From the NCBI GenBank assembly GCA_008632985.1, contig QPGO01000156.1, positions 124,001 through 174,809 of the forward strand: a stretch of DNA of 50,809 bases, read 5' to 3'. The notes under the pieces were generated by a model. It was not told the DNA's origin. It was given only the letters and a program-made list of their open reading frames with translations, and did no database searches. Made by a program: the position numbers and the translations under genes. Shown here in pieces: positions 32,781 to 45,129 of this stretch (its first letter is position 1; each line of letters opens with the position of its first letter). This DNA is from Psammoneis japonica. Lineage: Eukaryota.

Positions 32781-32972
32781 TGAACACTCGAATACGGCAG
32801 GCGCCAATAAAGAAGAACCTCATTTCAAAATATATTTGAAGTGATCGCAAATCGCGGCTAGAACTCGAAAGAAAGGAGGAACGTGCTAACCGCCTTCGTA
32901 CACTAGACTGCCGACGGAGGAAGAACATCCCTACTTTAGCAAATTTATCTACTTGTAGTCCTACTGTGCTGG

Positions 32973-34742
32973 TTACAGAAACACCTTAACAACATTATAT
33001 CTGGCAGCCGCAACGGCAAAATGACTCGAGCCGGGTTTGATATCCCGCAATACTTGCAATCCTAAAATGTAGCCCATGTCGGGTAATGTCCTTGAGGATT
33101 CGCATGCTGCTACTTCATCAGACCGTCCTATCTGCGACTGGCTCCATAATCGACACGTCGCATCCAACTTGCCACCGGCAGTCAGCAAGTCACCATTGGG
33201 CAATTCGCAAATGCTCGTAACAACGTCTTGATGTCCATTCAGTGTTACATCAAACCTAGGGGGGCTTGACAATGACTGTACCTTCAAAATGTGAACAGCT
33301 TGAGATTCTTGAATTTCCAGTTCCGTCACCGCGAGGCTCGGTGATGATATCGTCGACAAAGGTTGCGTCGAGACGGCTATCCGACCGTCCTTCAAAGGCT
33401 CTATGCACGTGATAGAACAACCCTGTCCATTCGATGGTACCAAGTGAATAAGAGAATTCCGACGAACGTCCAATTCTATTCCCGTAGCCTGGATGCGCCA
33501 CGTCTGCAAATAGCCAGCACTGTCGCCAGCAATCAAGAATGACACTCCTTCTTCCTCTTCCACGGGAAGTGTCGCAAGACACGTAAGCGCTCCAGTACCT
33601 TCCTCACCTTGTAAAAGCCGCGATTGTAATTGCTGTTCTGATCGACCTCCGATGGAATACCAAATTTGAATTGTCCGCGATGCTCGTCGTAGTGTTTCTT
33701 GTAGGGCTTGCTCTTGTGCTTCGGCCACCGCTCGTCGCTGACGTTCGGATTCGTTTTGTGGAGCTATTCGAAATTGATGCGGATTGTGTTGATGTGTGAT
33801 TTGAAACCGAGCTGCAATGCCCGTACCGTCTTTTCCAAGTTCCAATTGAACCAAATCCATAGGCGCCGTAGCTCCAGGCACCAGTGAAGCTCGAAATGCC
33901 AATACTTCCTCGGCCTCGTCGTTCCAGAATCGAATCATGCCTCGACCGGCAGTGACAAAGGATGAGTTCTTGTTACCGCTACTACTAGACAAGCCAATGA
34001 CACTATCCACTCCGCCATCCATGAAACCTTGATGAATCACATCGAATTGTTGAATCCCATGTTTCCAAAGTTGAACGTGTCCGTCGTCCAATACGCTCAC
34101 CAAGGTGCCATCGTCGACCAATACCGCCATATCATTTACGTAGGCACGCCGTAATTCCAATCCCATTGTCATGGCTAGTTCTCCGAGAAAATTGGTAGCT
34201 TTCGGTTCTTCGTCCTCGTGCTTGTGGTCAGAATCCTGCTGTTGTTCTTGCTGCTTAGTTAGCAACGATTCGATTTGGCGTTGAGGCAATCCAGTAACCA
34301 TGTGATTGAGCTTGTGGAGTTCCGTCTTATTGTCGTCCCGTTGATGAGGTGGAAATTGAATGGCTGGAATCATTCCCGTGGCTGTTTTCATGGCAGCTTG
34401 CAACTCGGCAAGTTCGGCAGCCTTGATTTGTTCCGGAGTCAAATCTTCGGCAAACAGAGTCTTTTCATGTGGTTCTTGCAAGGTTTCGGCCGATCCAATC
34501 AAGGAGACCGTCAATGAAGGAGCACCCTTGTTGAAAAGAGACGAAAAATCAAAATCGTCACGAAGAGGTCCCTTCCATCCTCCTTTCTTCGACAAGAGCT
34601 TTTGTCGATGTGTTGGAACTCCCGTCAAGGATTGCACTTGTTCTTTGAATTCAGTTGCAGACTCGGTCGGGGACAGAGTCAGTTGAAAGGTCTTTTTGGA
34701 CCATCTGAGCGTCACGGGAATGCTGACCGCTGTGCTTTCCAT
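32973..34742 (-). CDS. Ubiquitin-like domain (USP14/Ubp6-type) + WD40-repeat protein
   Basis: N-terminal VTLRWSKK..FKEQVQSLTGVP..RQKLL..LIGSAE..EKTLFAED. WD-like segments DDGHVQLW, AGRGMIRFW, GDSAGYLQTW and GHQDVVTSICELPNGDLLTAGGKLDATCRLW. Confidence 0.8.
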   Translation of the reverse strand: MESTAVSIPVTLRWSKKTFQLTLSPTESATEFKEQVQSLTGVPTHRQKLLSKKGGWKGPLRDDFDFSSLFNKGAPSLTVSLIGSAETLQEPHEKTLFAEDLTPEQIKAAELAELQAAMKTATGMIPAIQFPPHQRDDNKTELHKLNHMVTGLPQRQIESLLTKQQEQQQDSDHKHEDEEPKATNFLGELAMTMGLELRRAYVNDMAVLVDDGTLVSVLDDGHVQLWKHGIQQFDVIHQGFMDGGVDSVIGLSSSSGNKNSSFVTAGRGMIRFWNDEAEEVLAFRASLVPGATAPMDLVQLELGKDGTGIAARFQITHQHNPHQFRIAPQNESERQRRAVAEAQEQALQETLRRASRTIQIWYSIGGRSEQQLQSRLLQGEEGTGALTCLATLPVEEEEGVSFLIAGDSAGYLQTWRIQATGIELDVRRNSLIHLVPSNGQGCSITCIEPLKDGRIAVSTQPLSTISSPSLAVTELEIQESQAVHILKVQSLSSPPRFDVTLNGHQDVVTSICELPNGDLLTAGGKLDATCRLWSQSQIGRSDEVAACESSRTLPDMGYILGLQVLRDIKPGSSHFAVAAARYNVVKVFL

Positions 34743-35124
34743 CGTCGTGTCAATGAGAGAGCAGAGGCGTTGTAATAAATGATGGTTTTGTTGCTCATCG
34801 CATCAACGTTTGGAACACTTTCGAAAACCATCGAACATCGCGCGAAAGAGCCCCCCTCAAACCTCAACCAACAGCGTCAAATAGAGGCGAGTACATGCAG
34901 TAATTTGTTGGTAGAGCTTTTTCGCATGGACAAAACCAGGGCTCATACAAAGACTATTTACACTTCTCGAACACCCTACACTGGTCAGCTCCTGAATGCA
35001 CAAATAATAGTGACACAGTCTATTCTTAAATTGTTCTTGAACTGAGCACTCAGCCGTCTTGGAACTGCAGCAACAAGGAGATGGTTGTGGAGATGGAAAA
35101 CTTCTTGGATCATTCAAGTTCCAT

Positions 35125-35742
35125 TCAATGGTCCCGTAAAGAAACTGTCATCAGCGACATTCGCGTGGCGACCAACTTACTGGCATGTGCATCCTGGAAA
35201 AGAATTGCGTTTCTCACAACGACAGATGCAATGAGAACATTCCAAGCACAAGTGGCGACACTCCGTGCAGGAGAAACAACACGAGCCGTCACTTGTCGCA
35301 GAGGACAAATGCTGCAAAATTTTTGAGGATCCTTCTCATCCTGTTTCTTCTCAACCTGCACCTCGAGGTTGTGACCGTCTGGGCATTTTGGCGCATGCTT
35401 TTCTGCCTGGTGCTGTTGAAGCATCTTTCTCTTGCCGTTCCACTGGCAGCCAAGAAAGACAAAAAAGCAGGGAATCTCCATCTCTGCACATGAGCTCGTG
35501 TGATTCTCCCTTGCGTTGTGCGTCTGTTTGCATTGGTCACACACTGTTTCAAGCTCATTGGCAAGCCTTTGCATTGGCTCATTTTCTTGAAACGAAAACT
35601 GGCGGCTTCGGCACTGGGGACAAGCAAAGTCTTTTCCATCGACGCATCCTTTGCAAGCCACGACTCCGCAGCAAGTCGAGCTGTGGCAATCCTTGACAAT
35701 CTCATGACAAATGAGGCACTAAAAATCTTCTGCTCCCGGCAT
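35125..35742 (-). pseudogene. Pseudogene paralog of the RING/TRAF gene at 14199..14819
   Basis: Starts MPGAEDF then TAG (CAG in the intact copy). The rest aligns (ACPQCRS, PMQRLANELE, PCFF..GCQW, PKCPDGHNLE). TpA-depleted. Confidence 0.85.
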
Positions 35743-36657
35743 CTTCCTGGCAAGGAGCACAACTCTCGTCGCACAACAAATTTTGTGAGCCGATTGCGAG
35801 AAGTCGTGCAACTCTGCAGAAAAACCGTGTGAGCACGGGAAAACTTGAAGGTGGAGGAAGTCGTGGGGGACTCCTCGCAAGAGATGCCACTTGTGCGGCA
35901 CTCATTGTTCTGTTCCTGCGCACCAGTTTGCACGAAAACCCCACGAAGGCAGTTCAAAAAAAGTGTTGACCATTGCGAACCCCGCAAGAAAGAAAATTGG
36001 ATTGAAAGGAAAATGTTTTTGCCGTTGCCTTTCCGGGATTGGCAACTAGAGTGAAGAAGCAATCCCATCTATGAACATTTGCACTAGGTCATGTGGATCG
36101 CCCGGGGACCGGGGAAGTTTCTTACATGCATGTGCACGCAGTGCGCCAGTGCACTGAACGAAACGCAGGAGGCAGTGCGGGTTGCTCGGAGATGTTTTCG
36201 GAGCACGCAGCCCTGTGAACCTTTGGCGAACCATCTCTTCTCAGACTTAATTCGAGGGAAAGCCACTGAATAGAGCTAAAACCTTTGCTGAAATATGATG
36301 ATGGCGTTAATGGTCTCATCTCCTCCTTGTTTATCGTTCGATCCAGATAAGATGTGCGTGATGTGATCTGTTCGACATACGAATAGCACACGATGCCAAC
36401 CCCAATAAACCTTCTGCTGTCACGTACCCCGCAGTACAAAGCTACGAAATTTCCAAACTGCTGTACAATTCTACGCAGACTGTACCAAGTTGGATCGAGA
36501 ACGGGATCTTTCGAGGCGAAGGCAGACAACTCCAAACTCTGATCGATCGCTGGCGCTGGCTCAGTATAAAGACGACCAGATCGCTGCCGCTGCTATTGAC
36601 CCTATCGTTTCTTATCCCCACCATAAGTTCCCATAAGTTGTCTTATACGTTCTTACA

Positions 36658-39600
36658 ATGTCTAATCAGTCGCAGCAAACGTCCATCAATGCGCTTTTGA
36701 AAAAGACAGAGCACTATGATAAGGACGAACGGTACATGGCCACGTCTGATTTATGCGAGGTGCTCAAACGCCACGCTGCCGCCAGTGCGCAGCAACAACG
36801 CGGCTCCTCCTCCGAGTACACCATGGACTCTCCCACGGAACGACGCATCTGTACCGCAGTCTTGAGGCTGCTTCACGACAAGTCCAACGATGTGCAGGCA
36901 ATCGCCGTCAAGACACTCGGTGTGTTGCTCACCACGGTTCACGAGAATCAAGTCTTGGAGATTGCCGACAGTCTGGCGGATCAAGTGTTGGACGCGTCCA
37001 AGTCGGAGCTGCGGGATGTGTACGCCATTGGCTTGCGGACGCTATGCAAGACGGTACCACCCACCATGGGAGACCGCGTGTCTCACAAGCTCGTGTCGCG
37101 GCTCTTGCAGGGCATTCAAGACAATCAAGATTCGTCTGCAGACGCGGAAACGAAGAAGGCATCCGAAGATATTGTCTTGGCGTGTTTGGATGTTCTGACG
37201 GATCTTTTATCAAGGTTTGGTGCCACGGCGCTGTCGCTTACCAAACAGCACGAGCGTATTCTCAACATTTGCCTGGTGCAGTTGGGATCCGAGTCTCATG
37301 TGATTCGTAAACGCGCCGGCAACACGATTGGATGTCTGTCGGTGGTACTGAGCGATGTTCTCTTGTATCGCATGGTGGAATCTCTTTTGAGTCAGATTGA
37401 CATGGCCCAAGGTGTGGGCAAGAGCGGTCGGCGCAAGACGAGGCTCGCGCACAAGCAGCAGCAACAAGCTCAGGCGGCTCAAGCCAAGGTGGCAGACACG
37501 CGTGCTCTGATTCGAACCATGTGTACCGTATCAGGAGCTGTCGGTCACCGGTTGGGACAAGAGCAGATTGATCGGATTGTTCCAATCTTTTTGCGATTCT
37601 GTGACGCTGATGATGCCGTAACGGGTGATGATTCGGATGATGAAATGGTGGAGGATGATGTGGAGGATGAAGCCGCCATGGCGCTAGCCAACGAGCTCCG
37701 TGAGAGTTGCTTTACTGGATTCGAATCGTTTGTATCTCGGTGTCCCACGCAGGTGAAACCGCATTTGGATCAAATCATCCAAGCCGCACTCGCGTACATG
37801 AGTTATGATCCGAATTACTCGTATGGAAACGATGACGACGAGCTGGAGGCGGAGGATGAATACGAAGACGAGGAGGACGAATACGAAGATGACGAGGATG
37901 ATTTGGATGATGATGATGATGACGACGATGATGATAGCTGGAAGGTACGCAGAAGCGCTATTCGGGCCGTGGCGGCCGTCGTTGAAGCCACCAAGCACGA
38001 CGCGTCCACCATGTGGGTCAAGGAATACGACGTTCGGAAGGGCAAGTCGTCGACTGTTGCCAATGCTCTAGTGGCTCGTTTCAAAGAACGCGAGGAGAAT
38101 TGCCGAGTGGATGTCATTGACTGCTTTACCCGTCTCTTGTCCGTGACAGTCGCTGCCGCGGCTGACGGTGTGATTGTCTTTAGCTCTCCCGACGACATGG
38201 ACACCGAATCAGGACCTGTCGTGATTGACTTGGGCTCCAAATACCGACCGTCCTTGGTCAAGGCGTGCGAGAAGCTCCTCAATGTCAAAAAGGGCAATGA
38301 ACGCTCCAAGTCGTCCGCTCTCTCTCTTCTTTCCACTCTGTGCCAGGCACCTGGAGGCGTGGGAGGCCAAGCCGAAATCAACTCTGTGTTTCAACACATC
38401 AAACTCTTCCTTGCCATGGGCCGTACCGACGGAGATGGCCATTTGCATCGAGAATCTGGAAGCAAGTCGTTGAAACTCGATGCTCTCTGTTTGGTGCGCA
38501 TGATGCTCTCTTGTGACAATCATGACCCTGTCCATATCAAGAATGGTATCCGCGACATTCTTCTGGAGGAACTGTGTCTATCCGTGACGGAACAGTGGTA
38601 TAAGGTTATCGCTGAAACGCTTCGTGTGCTCGCTGAAGTTCCTCGTTTCTTTGTAAGTGGTAGTAGCAACGAGGATGCAAAAGCGGTTGACATGCAAACG
38701 GTGGCGTCGAAACTCTACACGGCCATTGAGCCCTTGCTTGCCGCTCATGACGTTGATCAGGAAATCAAGGAGTGCGCTTTGGTGGCGTGTGCTTCCCTCT
38801 TGTCCAACATGCACTCCAGTCTTACACCGGATCAACAGAAGCGGCTGCTCTCACTTGTTCTTGAGAGGCTTAAGAACGAAACGACGCGCATTGCTGGTAT
38901 CAAGACCTTGTCTACGGTGGCGGCTGCTTCGAGCAGTGACAGTATGGAAGATGATCATATTGATTTGTCCCCCATTTTGGGAGATGCAATTACAGCTATG
39001 GCGTCCTTTTTGAAACAGCAGAATCGTAGCTTGAAACAGAGTGCTCTTGAAGCTCTCGATACGGTTGTCACCCATCATGGATCCGAAGATCCCGCCTTGG
39101 CCGATGGCCAAATGTTTGCAACGGTGCTTCATGATCTTGCGTATCTGATTGTCGACTCGGACCTGCATCTCAGTCATTTGAGCCTGTGAGTGTAACTTTT
39201 TCATGTGCTTTTGCCACTGCATACCTTTCGTCTTCTCTCTTACCGGTTGCTTCTCTTTGTTCTCTTGGTAGCCGTGTATCGATTTCCATCCTGAAGGTTT
39301 GCCCAGCCTGTGGACCTGCTGCCAAAGAGCACGTTTTGCCTCCTGCGCTTGCTCTGTCGACATCTCCGTTGCTGCAGGATCTGGCTTTGGAATCCGTGCT
39401 GGCCGTTTTGGAGCAGATGGTCGTTAGCAGTGCTATCGAATTCTCAGAATTACTAAGTTTGCTTCAGAGTCGACTGACTTCGGAAGAGTCTCTTGGAAAG
39501 CACGCTCTTGCCAACCTGGCAAAATGCATTGCGGTCATCTCCGTTGCAACAACACCAGCCAACAGGGACGGTGTTATTGGAGATATTCTGACGTCCGTTG

Positions 39601-40937
39601 AAGGAGGAGGTGATGATCATCAAAAGCAGCTTTCACTTCTCGTTTCGGGTGATATTGGCCGTGCTGTGGATCTCAGTGCCGACCCTCAGGTTGCAAAGCG
39701 GTTGCTCGCGGCTTATGTGGGTTCTTTTGACGACGGTTCTGAAGAGGTGAAGCATGCAGCTGCGTATGCCTTGGGTCGTGCGGCTTTTGGTGCCCATTCC
39801 GTGTTTTTGCCGGCTGTTCTTGATGCTCTCGAGAAGAATACCGAGAAGAAGCAATACCTTCTCTTGTCGTCCCTTCGTGAATTCGTTCAATGTCATCAAC
39901 TTAGTGGCGGAGACGGCATTGCAGCTTTCGTGCCCGAAATCTTACCTCATCTCGTCGCGCACGCCGCAGACAGCGAGGAAGGTGTACGCACAATGGTGGC
40001 CGAGTGCATGGGTTCATTGACTTGTCTTCAGCCAGCACCTTTGCTGCAAAAGTTCCAAGAACTTGTCTCGGCGCATTCAGCTATTGCAGCCGAAGGAGGT
40101 CACGTCGTCGAGGGAGACGAAACTTCGAAAAAGAATGCGCTGATCTGTTGGACTACAGCCACGTCAATCAAATTGGCGATTGCTGGCAAGGCCGATGCGG
40201 CTCAACTCGCAACTTACATGCCTTCGTTCTTGAATCTCCTCAACCAAGAAGTTCTTACGGTCCGAAACGCTGCTCTATTGATGCTGTATTCAGCTGTCCA
40301 CCACATGCCGCAACTTGTGGCAGGCTTGATGAAGGACGTTATGCCATCACTTTACGAGGTCGCCGAGTTGAAGCTCAAGAGAAAGGTGGACCTTGGACCT
40401 TTCACTCATACAGTAGATGATGCGTTGCCGCTACGCAAGGCTGCATTGAGTATCTTTGCCACTTGCTTAGAGAAGCTTCCTGCGAGCTTGGACATTGCGG
40501 CGTTTATGCCGATACTCGCCAAGGCCCTGGGAGACGTGGAAGACATTCAGCTCCAAGCGCATCAGATTGTGATATCCATGTCTTCACGCCAACCCACTTA
40601 TCTCGTGGCGGCGATCGAATCTTTTGTCGACCCTCTTGAGAAGACCATCAACAAAAAGACGGGGCAAAAGCAGGGTACCGAGCTCGAACGGGCTAACGAG
40701 TGGATCAAGAGTGCGTTGCGAGCTATGTTCGCTTTGAGTCACACAGACGGCTCGATGAAGTACGTTTTAGCAGCGAAGATGGCTACGACTGACTTTTCCA
40801 GCGTTTGTTGCTCACCTTTGCTTCCCTTTGCATCTCTTTTCTTGCACAGTTGCGCCAAGTTTGCAGATTTTGTAGACAGGACCACAAAGAACACCAAATT
40901 CGCTTCCATGATAGCGCAACTCGAGGATGAACGCTGA
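36658..40937 (+). CDS. CAND1: Cullin-associated NEDD8-dissociated protein 1 (HEAT repeats)
   Basis: DKDERYMATSDL, YDPNY, DDDSWKVRRSA, RFKEREENCRVD, DQEIKECA, RLKNETTR, EEGVRTMVAECMG and VDLGPFTHTVDDALPLRKAA. GT-AG introns at 39186..39271 and 40760..40849. Confidence 0.95.
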
Positions 40938-41335
40938 GCGAGCAATGATGTTGAATGGGGTGAAGATAGTTGAAAATGTGTGCATTGTCGCGCGCATAGA
41001 GCAGTTCTAACTTTTTACATAGGGTCAAGTAGAGATGGCAATAATTCTTCGAATTAGGTTCGTTTCAAAGAGATTGATGGAGCCGCACCTCACCATTCCA
41101 AAATGTAGTTTTCACTGGAGTTTGTGGAAGACAACCTTTTTCTAATCCATGCATGTGGAGCGTTGTTTACTAGTTTAGTTGCATCCTCGCCAAGGAGATG
41201 ACAGGATAAAAAGAAAGCCGTATCTGTGAAGCGACCTAAGTATTGCTAAATGAAATATCTCCGTCGGCTCACTAGTCGAACTGAACAACCTAACGGTAAA
41301 ACGAGGAACGAGAAGCGCAAGTCCCAACGACTTGC

Positions 41336-43115
41336 TTAGTGATAGAGATCGGAAACTCCGCTCTCGACCGCCCCGTTTTTCAATTTGTGAACAAACTGCT
41401 CCGGTATAGGAAGCTCCTTCCACTCCCCACCCTTGTCGGGGAAACTCACTGCAGCATTAAAAATGCCAAGCGTGAGGAATGAAAGATGAAACAGGCGAGA
41501 ATTGCGATGACGATCTTCAGATAACAGAAACTCACCATTGGTTTCAGTACTCTGGCAGGTTACGAAACTAGTCACATCCAATGTTTCCTCGTTCAGATAC
41601 ACGAGGCACCCATCCGTTTTGTCAATGGAAAATGTCGGGCAGATTCCTGTTGTCTGAACCTGAATCTTCTTGCAATTCACGAGCTCACATCCCGAAATCA
41701 CATTATCAAACACTGCAGCGCATTTCTGGCACGTATCAATAATGACTGACTTGCACTTTCCACCCTTGACATGGACGGTGATATCGTTGCAGTTGTACAC
41801 GTAGACTTGTTGCTTTGGATCCGTCACTTCCACTACGATAGGAGCACCGTGGGACGTGGCCTTGGTTTGGTTTTCCACCACCCATTTGTGTCCGCGTTCT
41901 TGATACTCGCAAATGGGCAAGCCCGGCAATTTCGTTTTTTCATCCTTTTTCTTTTGTGCGAGCGGGGGTGGTGGTGCCCCCTTGACAACTTCAGCTTGGC
42001 CAGATGCTTTGTATTCTTTTCTCCACGTTTGTTGCTCTCGGCTCACGTGCTTCAGCCCGGTTGCTGCGGAGCTACCGTCCTTTGTTTGTTTCTTGGCCAA
42101 CTCATCCATAATACTCGACAAACCGCCTGTTCCACCACTGACAGAGCCCAGGTGCCGTACAGACTGCCCCCTTCGTGGAGATCTCAATGGAGACCCAACT
42201 CCATCGCGCCTCGGAAGTGGAGAGGTGGGCGGTGTCCTTGGATGGGAAGCTCCAATCTCTGCCGCGGCATGAGCAGAAGCCACGGCTTCGGCGAGCGGAA
42301 CACCCTGCGGGTTCCAAGACAGCCCCGTCTTGTGGTGCTCTGTAATATACGACACCAAATCGTTCATGGTGGCACGTGCCGCATCACAAAAGGCAATCTG
42401 CTGTTCGTCTTTGCCCTTGAACTCCTTCCGGATCTTATTTGCCCAGAAATCACTACTACCCGATGCCTCCTTGACAAAAGCAGCAGGCGTCTGCGGCGGA
42501 GGACGAATCAATATCCAGGACAAAGCTCCCAACATTTCCATGATTGCTTTGAGATGAAAGTCGAATTTACGGTCCAGCTTGAGTTTGCGAATGTCTCCCA
42601 TTGTGGTTTGGAGACCTCCCAGATGAGGCTGCAACTCCTGAACGGGATCCTTTGGCATCTTTGACAGCGAAGCAAGAACCACAATTGTTCGGACTCCTTC
42701 CCATGCTTTTTTAATAAGCTCTCCCAAGTTTTCCAAACCACCCAGAGCATCACAAGCTTTGGCTAAGGGGACAACCACCTTATCCACGTGTTCATCATAA
42801 GCCGTCACCGCAGGGGAATCACTGTCTGTAACCATGATGAGAGGAGTAAAAAAGCATATAAGAAACAAAAACACCACCTCTTACACACTTCCGTGCACCA
42901 GAAAAGGGCTGACGGAATTCATAGACACGAATAAGTCGCATAGGGTGTCACTTGCCTACAGGTGAAGGCTCGGCCGCGACTCGAGTGCTGGCAGGTTGCT
43001 TCTTGGGGGAAATTCCGACCTTGCCTTCAAGAGCATCCAATCGGCCCAACACAGAGTCCAATAACTCCTGTAAAGGGAGTAACTCGGTCCTTTCAGTGCT
43101 CTTGGACGACGACAT
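41336..43115 (-). CDS. CAP: Adenylyl cyclase-associated protein (CAP/Srv2)
   Basis: N-terminal RLDALE, FWANKIRKEFK, HHKTGLSWN, GLKHV, KWVVENQ, PTFSIDKTDGC and ELPIPEQF. Exons 43115..42956, 42825..41536 and 41448..41336. Confidence 0.93.
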
Positions 43116-43446
43116 TACAGTCTCACAATGGCCGGCTTGAACGCGTTGCTGTCCTGTTTTTCTGTCTTTGCGCTCAAGCCTTCGGCATTCTCGCGTTGGT
43201 TGCGGCGGAGCGATCCGTTGGGCAGTGCGTGCTAGCGCGCGACTGCAAGACCCAAGACTCAACTTCTTGAAACTCACAACGGACAACGGAACCCAGCGAA
43301 AGACTAAAAGCTTTCGAGCACACACTATATTACTATCTTCATTTCCACGATCTTTCTGTCGTTTCATAAACTAGAAGTGGAAGATCAGAACGTGAAAATG
43401 TCTATTTGCGTAAAGCAATTTTTAGTCTATGGAATGATTTGTCGGT

Positions 43447-44678
43447 CTAAAACTGTGACTTGATGGTTCGGGAATGCTGCATGCAACACCCAGATCGCCC
43501 TCTTGCTACCTTGCTGCACCCGTCGATGGTACACTTGCGTCCTCCACCGTGACGAACACAAAAGGGGGTGTTGGACTGGGCACTTCTGGGGCAGTCGGGA
43601 GACTCGCAGCGGCGTCCTCCTCCGTGAGCAGTGCACTTGCCACTCTTATCAACCGCCAGCTTGGCGCAATCTTTTTCTGTGCAGCGGCGACCACCACCGT
43701 GAGCGGCACAAAAGTTGCGGTCTCTGGCACCCTTGTTGCAGCCCTCTACCGTGCATCGCCGTCCACCGCCGTGAGATATACAAAACCGAGTACGGCCCTG
43801 TGCGCACTTGTTACACCCAGCCTTCTCGCAACGGCGGGGACCCGAGTGGGAAGAGCAGTAGGGTGTTCTTCTTGCAGCCGGTTGACTACACGAATCCATG
43901 CGGCAGATCTTTATCGGTTTGGATGAACACGTTTGATACCTTGCTTGTAGTGCCGTCCGACTGCTTGGGAAGAATGGGTGGTTTAGAATCGGAGCCGACC
44001 ACTTTGCAGAGTGGGATCTGCAAAACAAGCAATAGACAAGAAGAGAGAGAGTGAGTCAGAACCGATCAAAAAAATTCTAAGATTACCAAAAATCACCTAA
44101 CGACTCACATTCTTTTCGAGAGCAGAGACATTGAGTGAAGTTGGTGTGATTGGAGATGGTTCGATCTTATCTTGACATTGGGAGAAAACGCTGGCCATAT
44201 TTTGGAGCCTGGATTGCATTAATATCTGCGCTACTGGATCAAGATTGAATGTATTTGCTCCATATGCTGCGTGTAGAGAAAGCAAGTACTTGATACTTGC
44301 TTCAACATTTGACTGGACGTCTCCGCGAGGCCTTTTCCTCAATGCCGGCATTTGGAGAAGAGTAGACGCTTGCGTTACGTTACGCCCACTTGCATCAACC
44401 AGATCCAGCGTAGACCGTGGTGACTCTTGTATTGGAATAATATCCGGCGTTTCGGCCGGTGGGGATGAAGTAAGACCCAACAAAGAAGACTTCGTCAACA
44501 GTGGTGGTCGGCATGGGAGAGCTTTTTGCAAGAGTGCCTGATTCGCTTCTTGAGCTGTGATAACTGGTGCAAGCTTGCGCTTTTTGAGTGGAGGGGGGCT
44601 GGGGGTCGAACGCTGCATCGTGTGAAGAATCTCGGCAATTTCAACCTCGCATGTTCTAGTACTTGCAGCTTCCGTCAT
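43447..44678 (-). CDS. WRKY19-like Cys/His zinc-finger repeat (C-x4-C...HGGGRRC) protein
   Basis: Repeated C....C.K.A.....C..HGGGRRC units in 43447..43900. Probable upstream exon 44678..44109 with a GTGAGT donor; the acceptor is uncertain. Confidence 0.7.
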
Positions 44679-45129
44679 GATGCAGTTCGATTGATTCTGA
44701 ATTCAACTGTCGCAGGTGATGACTTCTTGTCGATGCGAAATGAGAGATAAACGTGTGGACACACTCGAAACAAATGAATTGGATTGCTTTCGTTGTTGAC
44801 TTTAGCAGTGACTCCTCGTTATAATATGACAGCAAGTGTGAAAATACTGGCAGATTACTCTCCACGCACGAAAAAAGTGAGGCGCCATGCAGGATTGACA
44901 TTGACGTCAGGTCGCGTTGGATGCAAATTCAGGAGGTTTGAAATCATGAGTGCGAGGGGCGATATGCTACCATGGAGTACATGTAGAATAGACATTTATG
45001 TGCCGGAAGAAACAAAATCTAATTCGTTTCTATTCTTCAGACATTCGATAAGAAAAATAGAAAAAATTCAATAGTTGCCTATCAAAAAGCGGGTCACAGA
45101 ATCGGAGAAGGGCAATTGTAATGAAGAAG

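Noticed and set aside
37820..37940. GAT/GAC trinucleotide-like repeat
   Set aside because: It encodes the normal acidic loop of CAND1.
32973..40937. Ubiquitin-pathway gene cluster (UBL-WD40, RING, CAND1)
   Set aside because: Such genes are abundant, one is a pseudogene, and there is no evidence of co-regulation.
41771..42664. 297-aa antisense ORF
   Set aside because: Shadow of the CAP coding strand.
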